From Octopus vulgaris (Eukaryota): DNA of 64,000 nt. The position numbers were made by a program, and so were the translations under genes. Position 1 is the first letter of the stretch, and each line of letters opens with the position of its first letter. Where the stretch lies: NCBI GenBank assembly GCA_951406725.2, contig OX597821.1, positions 30,442,001 through 30,506,000 of the forward strand. Reading direction: 5' to 3'. The notes under the pieces were generated by a model. The model worked only from the letters and a program-made list of their open reading frames with translations. It had not been told where the DNA came from and made no database searches. Below are positions 55,882-64,000 of this stretch, piece by piece.

Positions 55882-56921
55882 TTATATATAGAAAACTGAG
55901 AATGTGTGTCTGTCTGTCTGTATGTATGTATGTGTGTTACCCTAAAACTTGAGTACTACACAACCAATTTCATTCAAATTTTACACATGCCTTACTTAGG
56001 GTCCGGGGAGTGTCATCGCAAAAAAAATTAAACTTTTTGCCTAGGACGAGCCCACAGCAATATCATATTTTCTCCACTATTTCAGTATTGCGTGTTAAAA
56101 GTCAAACAAAAACGTTTCTCTGTTTTATGTCAGATACTTTCACTTTAACAATAAAAATAATAATAACAATTGAATTATATGTAATAATTAATAATTAAAA
56201 TCAAACTAAAGTATAATATAATCGTAACATAACAAAAGTAAATCTAGCAATTGGTATAAAATTGCATCAATGACTTGAACTTGAATAAGTGGTTTTACAT
56301 GAATGGGAATAAATTAAAAATAAAATTAGCATGCAGAAATGGAATAGTCCAGATGTATAATAAAAAATAAATTAAAGAAAAGCTTATTGTCTATAAAGTC
56401 TATAAATGTAGAGAAAAAAGAAGATTTGAATACATGAAGGAAAGCATCTTCGAAAAGTGTCTTGGTGCGACTATGAATGGTATCTAATCAAAGGTGGTAG
56501 ATTCGCCACAATTGAAGCAAGGTTCGAGTCAACGGAGCGTGCAAGGGAGTACTCGACGCGAACTTGCAAAGTGGAAATATTTTATATTTAGCTTTATATC
56601 TGGGACGTAGGACGTCGCGGAATAAAAAATTAAAATGCCCCCCTCCAGAAGTAGAGGTAGGCTGGATTGTAGCCACACTTCTATACAACAGGGAGGACAA
56701 GATACAATTGATCGAAATTACAAGAGACGGGCTAACAATTTCAGTCTGTTATATATTTTGAGTATTGTTATCACTAGCGATATGAAGATATAACTTTGTA
56801 TTTTGTATTTTATGTGTTGATGTATATATATAGATGTACATGTAATATGTACACATATATATACATATATATATACATGCACTAGCATTATGACCCGGCA
56901 ACGACGGGTCTTTAATGCTAG
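55879..56921 (+). mobile_element. Non-autonomous Helitron-like element
   Basis: 5' TCTTTATATATAGAAAACTGAG followed by (TCTG)n; 3' hairpin GACCCG..CGGGTC, then CTAG|T. Confidence 0.6.
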
Positions 56922-57026
56922 TATATATATATATATGTATAGGAATAAAAGAAAGCGCACACACACACACACACATATATCTATCTATCTATCTATCTAT
57001 CTATATCTCTCTCTCTCTCTCTCTCT

Positions 57027-57079
<53 letters not shown>

Positions 57080-57341
57080 AAGAGAGAGAGAAACTGAGAG
57101 GGAAAGCGAGAGAATAGTCATAGGATCCATTGTAATCAAGGTATATCAACATTAACAAGTAGGACGCGGAACTAGGCGGTTTCTATAGCATACGGTTCTT
57201 AGTGAAGTATAGCAAGCAGAAAGGCATCATGTGTCGGTAGGATTTTGAGATATGTAGATTCGTAAGATTCAACTAAAATTTAAAATGCAGGACTGACTCG
57301 GGTGCAGTCTAGTTATAAAGGAAAGAAAAAATACGGGTTTT

Positions 57342-57428
57342 AAAATCTACGACAGCTGTTTCGGTAGTACTTCCTTGATGTATTCATAAATTACCTCATA
57401 GTAAAAAATCGACCGTCTTCAGGTAAAA
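57342..57428 (-). ncRNA. Type I hammerhead ribozyme (Penelope-type)
   Basis: UUUAC-CUGAAGA-C-GGU(large loop)ACC-GAAA-CAGCUG-UC^GUAGA; palindromic stem III. Confidence 0.75.
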
Positions 57429-58802
57429 TATGGAACGAGTATAAACAGGTGATCTAAATCCTTCATGATGACATGTCAAACAAACAAGATATTGGATACG
57501 ATATATTTTAAAACAGAATATCCGAAAACATAGTGTAATCAGAAATATCGTTGTCTGCTATGAGCAAAGCGGTAAAACAATTCAAGGATTTATCATAATT
57601 AGCTCGTAGCCTTCATTTGCTTGTGCAATAATTTGGTAGCGCAATAAACACAGAAGAGCTGTAGGCAAGATATGTCCCTACGGTCATTAAACCCAGGAAG
57701 ATATCTTGTTCGTTAAGTGAGGTAAAAGGAAACATTCAAGCAAAGAAAGTCATAAAACTGTTATCACAATTGCTCTCTTGTTACATGTATACATACTTAT
57801 AAAAACACACGCAACCCCCCGCCATATATATACATGCGTACATATGTGCGTAAGTACATACATTTATATATAAACACACACAGAGACTCTCTATATGTAT
57901 ATATATACTCATATACATATCGACCTTTACCTAACGTTTGTGCAGGGTAATGTTTTATGTTCCACATTAATTTAGAATTTAATCCTATGTTTTATTTTTT
58001 TTATTTCCAGAATTTTTAACGCGAATGATCTAGCCTTAACTTCACTACGATTAATAAAAAAATAAGAGTGATTCTCTAATCACAACTTGAAATTGCTTGT
58101 GCAATCGATGCCGGTAAAAGTTAGTTATAGCATTACATCTATAGGTAATATTTTTATTTTAGCAGAAATTATTTAGAGGACATAGACATTTCTTTTTATA
58201 ATTACAGGTTTTATAGCTAAATGTTTTTTAACATTATTCAAGTATATAGAGGATTCCAGATAGAATGCTTAACATGTCTTATAAAATTAGAGTGCAATGC
58301 TCGTATTCCTATTAGAAACACCATTAGATAATTCAAACCAGTCACGTAATAGGTTCTCGAATTATATTTCTTAGATTATATTTATCCAGATTCACTAACA
58401 TAGTTAATTTAAATATCTAAAGCTTTAAGTTTTATTTGAGTCATATGTTACCTTATGTCATCGGTTTCATGGTCGCCCATTCTCATTCGTTAGCAACCTC
58501 TGCACAGTTTTGGGAAATATTTGATAGTATGCTGTGTGGACTTGAAGCTTTCCGTGAACTATTAGTCATATATTTTATATTTCTTTCCTTGTTTAAGATT
58601 GTTTGGTTCATATCTATATAATCTGTATAAGTGTATAAATATCGGGACGTGCGTGTGCATATATACGTATGTGCGTGTTTGTGTGTGTATCTGTATATGT
58701 ATGTGCGTGTTTGTACATATGATTGTATATATATGATTGTCTGTTTATATATATATATATATATAAATGTATGTATATATATGCATATATATATATATAT
58801 AT

Positions 58803-58846
<44 letters not shown>

Positions 58847-58894
58847 CGTGTGAGTGTGTGTTTGTATACGTATATATGTATATATGTGCATAAC

Positions 58895-59895
58895 AAATAA
58901 ATAAAATATATGCATGTATATATACATGCATATAGAAATATATACATGCGAGTACAGGACACCACAAATAGACGTAGAACTCAACGAGAAACGAAAACGT
59001 AAAAACAAACATGGAAACGGACTTTTTTTAACAACGAAAAAACAGAGTACAAGACAAACAGTACAAGGAAAATTCCCCTTCATCAGCTGTCCCTAGTTCG
59101 ACTCCATGCGTGTTTCGAAGGTAAGGACAGAACACGACTCGTCGAAGTAGCCCTTCCTGCGAAAGAATTAAATAAAATTCCTTTGCAGAGGGGTAAAAAC
59201 AAGGAAAGAAAAAAATGTGACAAAAACAGGACGTAAAAACAATACAAATAATAAACACAAATACAAAATAAAAATACAAATACAAAAAAATACAGTACAA
59301 GTAAAGTATAAAAACAGGACAAGGAAACAAACATTGAGGGCCTGTTTTTAGCCTAGACGATGGAAAAATTCAAGAGCGCGGGAAAAAAGCATGTTCACTT
59401 GTAGGAGACCGCCAGCGAAAGAAAGTGGTCGACTCGGCTGTGTGAGAGATGAGGAGTGAGAGAGAGAGATAGAGAGGAAAGGACACCAGAAAGGGTGAAA
59501 AATAAGAAGGAGGGAGACAAGCAAAGAGGAAGACAGACAGGAAGGAAGGGAAGATCAAGCAAAGGGTTACAGAGTTTCGCGTCATAATTATATATAAAAA
59601 CTTACTTGGAGAACAGAAAAGAAACGAAACGACGCGAGGGCACTCAGTCATGCAATAAATTAATAAATAAAATATATGCATACATACATACATAATGTAC
59701 GTACCTACATCTACATGTATATATACATGCATATATTAATATATATATATGTGAGAACAGGACACCATAAATAGACGTAGAACTCAACGAGAAACGAAAA
59801 CGTAAAAGCAAACATGGAAATGGACATTTTTTAACAACGAAAAAACTGAGTACAACACAAACAATACAAGGAAAATTCCCCTTCATAAGCTATGC
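58895..59895 (-). mobile_element. Penelope-like/retrozyme-like repeat, ~1.3 tandem units (~770-800 bp period)
   Basis: CAGGACACCA.AAATAGACGTAGAACTCAACGAG...GGAAAATTCCCCTTCAT at ~58955-59083 is repeated at ~59758-59887. Confidence 0.75.
59075..59193 (-). ncRNA. Non-circularly permuted hammerhead ribozyme candidate with kink-turn
   Basis: Complete CUGAUGA/GAAA/GUU core; 9-bp stem I, 5-bp stem II, stem III with a k-turn; strand order C-B-A. Confidence 0.7.
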
Positions 59896-61979
59896 CGACA
59901 TCGCTGTTATGTGTATGTATATATATATAAATATATGTATATGCGATGTACATACGTACATATATATTTGTATTCGTGTGAGTATATGCACACAGATTTA
60001 TATGCATAACTGCACATTCGTACGTATGTGTTTGTATACAAGTATCATCAAATGATGATGATAGATTTCTGACTTTCTGTTGCGCTAGTGTCTTCTTCTG
60101 TTGTTATCTCACTTAAGCGTCGATATAACTTCCTGACTTTAATGGCTTTAGAAACATAACTTGGCTAAAACCGGTCTATGTTTATTGAACTCGCTCATAT
60201 GATGTTCTGGCTATAAACTCATTGAGATGACTTACTGAAACGCAAGGGTTGTTTTACCTCTTTGATACTTGCAGGGCGTATTGATACAGATTTCTCAATA
60301 AATTCAAATATATTTTTCTTAAAATATGATATGCTGGTTCTGTCCTCATCAAGTATTTACCTCACATGTTTAAACCTGCTTCTAATTGTACCTATTGATG
60401 GTAGAATTTTACTAAGATGTAATTTGCGAGTATATCCATAAAGTTCTACTGAAACAACTGTCGGAAATATTTCCCCCCATTTGTAAAATTACTGATAAAT
60501 AATTGTACATGTATTTTACACTAGGGAGAGAGGAAAAACAGAGCGAGAATAAGAGTGCGAGAAAAATATATTAGGAGATTACGAGTATGGTATGAAATGC
60601 TAAAATTTGGAAGAAGTATGAAAACAAACAAGTAATATTTCATTAGAATTGGACTTCTCTGTTGCAAAACTCTAAACAGGAAATCACACCACTTCTGTTA
60701 GTTTATTCCCAAGATAACTCTTTTAATCTTGAAGCAATTGAAACTGAAGTGCATTTTCCAAGTCAATTCTTGAAAAATCTAGATGTTGTTGTTGCTACAA
60801 CTGTTTAAATATATTGTTTAAGATTTTTCTTTTAGTTGCAATCATTCTCTTGCTATGTTCGCGTTGATTTTTTTTTTATTCTTTCAGCTTTGCGTATTTA
60901 TAGTTTTCGTGCTTTCCTTTTAAACCAGTGTTTTTGACGTTTGTTTTTTAGCAGTTTCACTGAAATGTGGTGTTGCGGCTCCCTTACGCCTTCTGTTATG
61001 ACATGAACATAGCAAGATTTTATTTGTTTTAGGAAATTTACACAGTTTTTCAAATTATCATTTATTGTTATTATTCTGCTTTTCCAATGCAACTACATGA
61101 AGAAATTATAGAAGCAAATAATTGAAAAAAGATAAATATAGAATGAAATAAATATATATGAAAAGGAAACGAAACTATATGACAGATTTCATCACTTAAG
61201 AGAATAACATTTTAGTGTTTCATAAATTATATATTATCTTTAACATTATTATTAGTAGTAGTAGAGGTAGTAGTTGCAGCTGCAGTGGTAGTAGTGTAAT
61301 TGTTATTATTCCTTGTGTCTGGATCAGGAGGACGCTTGTTCATGGCTCGTGAGTTTTCTTAATAGCCTGTTTTCTTAGTTCGTATTCTAAATATTATCTA
61401 CTGTTAACTAGATAACCCAACTTGCTGCAAGCGTGAAGAGCTGGTCTGGAATAAATTGCCCATTGAGGACATTCAGGGCAAATTTTGAGATGCAATATTG
61501 CTAATGTAATATTTTAAAATAAAAATATGTATATGGTTTTTGAAACTGATAGAAGCGGTGGTTGTTGGAATAGCAGCAATGGCATTATTCTTTCCCCACT
61601 GATTGATGTGGTCTAGAAACGAAACACAGACAGAAGCTGCAGCAACAACAGAAGCAGCGGTAGCAGTGATGAGCGAGATGTACTTGAAAATTACTCAAGT
61701 ACTACCTCCGCCCCACTATCACTAGTGCCACCGACACAAACATTAATAAAACAACAATAGCGGCCGTTCTTTTTCCTAAGTATAATGGTAACGGTTTCAC
61801 ATAAGCTTATTGGAAAATGGAAAAGTGTGGGTTGACAGAAAATATTTGAGGTGACGCTGAGCAGCACTTAACAAAATATAGCAGAACAGACATCCTTAAT
61901 ACACAGGAAGAAATGCAGGTAGACACTAAGCTAAAACCCTTATATATAAATGTATTATATTAAAGACGAGGAAACTGGA

Positions 61980-63560
61980 GCGAAAGATGCAGGAATAGAT
62001 CGCAAAATGCCTGAGACCGGTCTGGGATTCTATACTTAATATCACCCGTAGGAAACGCTTTGTCACAGTACGATTCTCAACTGAATAATTAGTCAAAGAA
62101 AATGCAGCAAAAACTCAGCTAATTCCGAAATACCTTGGTTGGAGGGTTGTCAAACGAGAGTCAGCTTAGATTCCTCCAGAAATGGACATCACTTGGCGGA
62201 TACCATACCAGCATAGGCAAGAATACAAATATTCTTGGAAAAGAAAAACATGGTCAGGCGTGTGGATGGATCAGTAGACGCATGCTGATATGCTCGGTAT
62301 AAAAACCATCCATGAGCAGATGCCTAATAGAACAATTATTTATAGTAGAAGAGAGAAGAATGAATTTGCCTTCCATGCTAAGAATAGACTCCGCTGACAC
62401 AGACATCTTTGACAGAACAGCAGCAAAAACAACAGTGGCTCCACTACCAAAAACCAAAACCCTCATCACCAGTGGAAAAAAAGCAGCAGTATCTAAAATA
62501 ACAGGATCAGCAACAAAAGGACAACAGGAGACAACTTCAGCAGCAAACACTGGTACCAAGCAATTTAAAAAAAAAACAATAGCACGACCTGCATCATCGG
62601 TACGAGAGAAGCCTTACTGATTTGGTTCGGATCTCCAGGTCGAGGAGAACTTTAGACTAGGTGACGAGCAGGGCAGCTAATCTCACCTAGATATATACCG
62701 AGAGAAAGAGTTTCTGAAACGTGAGATGACAATTGTCCCAAGTTATGTTTGATCAAACTGGAGCATATACTCTTCTACTTTGTTTGGAAGGGACGCATTG
62801 GGCAATCATTTGTTAAAATTTGCTTATTGGAATACTAGGTGTGCTGTGGCTGCTGATGCACATGTGCTAAGGCTACGATATCTCCAGCGCTTCCTAGTCA
62901 CTAAGCAATTGTGTTTGCTGTTTGTCAGTCTCACTTTTCCAAAGTGAGTCACTTTGACTGCGCTACAGTTCTGGATGAAGCGTTGACCGAGGCAGGAAAC
63001 TTGGAACCCAAAGTGTCGTCAGCCATTTATAATCTTATGTCCGTCTGACAATGTGGTCGGTTGAAGCTCCAATTTTTTGTTCTATATAAGGTTAGTGATG
63101 AGCAAGTGTGACGACGTTCTCAGAGAGAATCTGGACGCCGACGAGCAACAGCTGCCTTGCCTGCTTTGCTCTGGAGGATTTTCGGCCACTGGCCCGTGGG
63201 TAATTTCCAGATATTCCTGGACTGAATTTCTTACCAGGAATTATTGTTGGTTCACGGGATAAACTCTGCTGATATGGAAGTGCTATCAGCTGCGCTCGGC
63301 GGGATACACACAGAAAAAAGAAACTCTTCTGCTCTCTCTCGTCTAGTACCTCAGTATTGCTGACTTCTAAGTTTATGCCCGATATCTGGTGCCATGTATA
63401 GGCTATCAGCTGAGTCCATTGTGAAGATCTCCGCCACCTCCCTTTCGCAGTGAAAGGTAGGCAGTGTTCCTCTGTCTGGTGACCGTAGCTAAAGAGGATG
63501 TGTGGTGAACCAGATTGAAGGGACTGAATACGGATACTTTCCTCTTTTGGACAACCCTTA
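61980..63560 (+). mobile_element. Decayed L1/Tx1-like LINE (ORF1-like low-complexity region + ORF2 C-terminal remnants)
   Basis: LEHILFYFVWKGR (62758) and LRLRYLQRFL (~62867) resemble post-RT Tx1 motifs; raised GC; many stops; the 62312-62620 ORF is K/T/A-rich. Confidence 0.6.
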
Positions 63561-63564
63561 AGTA

Positions 63565-63628
63565 ACGTTTTCGAGTTTCGACTTTCTCTCCCTACAAAAT
63601 TTCAGGCCTTGTGCCAATAGTAGAAAGG

Positions 63629-63671
<43 letters not shown>

Positions 63672-63770
63672 TTATTATTATTATTGTTATTATTATTATT
63701 ATCATTATAAGGCGGTGCTCCAGCATGGCCGCAGTCAAATGACTGAAACAAGTAAAAGAGTACAAGAGTA
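63565..63770 (+). mobile_element. SINE A 3' fragment, (TTA)n and SINE B 3' fragment
   Basis: TTTCAGGCCTTGTGCC..AGTAGAAAGGATTATT; GGCGGTGCTCCAGCATGGCCGCAGTCAAATGACTGAAAC. Confidence 0.8.
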
Positions 63771-64000
63771 TGTATATATATTTATATATATATAGATATA
63801 TATATATTATATATTATATTAATTATATTTATATTATTTCTTATTTATGTATTGGTTAATGTCTATCACTGTTTGAGTTGTATAATAGTGGCTTTATTTC
63901 TAATTCATATTCTATATATATATATGTATACAAAAACACTATGTAGTTGCAAAGTAATCTCAGAAGGTCAAGTATATTATCATATCGGCGCTTGCAAAAC

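Overview
AT-rich, repeat-saturated eukaryotic non-coding DNA. The SINE families, dense (TA)n/(TAA)n/(CA)n microsatellites and TE mix point to a coleoid cephalopod, probably Octopus (inference). I can support no intact protein-coding gene; nearly all ORFs in the track are microsatellite or SINE read-through. Content: three tRNA-derived SINE families, five copies of a ~430-bp MITE with 8-bp TSDs and an internal telomere-like repeat, non-autonomous Helitrons, and decayed R4-like, RTE, Tx1, CR1-like and mariner elements. The main signal is a set of hammerhead ribozyme (HHR) motifs in short Penelope-like/retrozyme-like repeats embedded in (TA)n: five well-formed type I motifs and several decayed ones. 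The most unusual is at 59075-59193 (- strand), a complete hammerhead core whose strands lie in a non-circular order (cleavage strand, then GAAA strand, then CUGAUGA strand), with a consensus kink-turn in stem III. A second, unrelated repeat (41500-41552) shows the same layout in truncated form. All folds were derived by eye and are untested.
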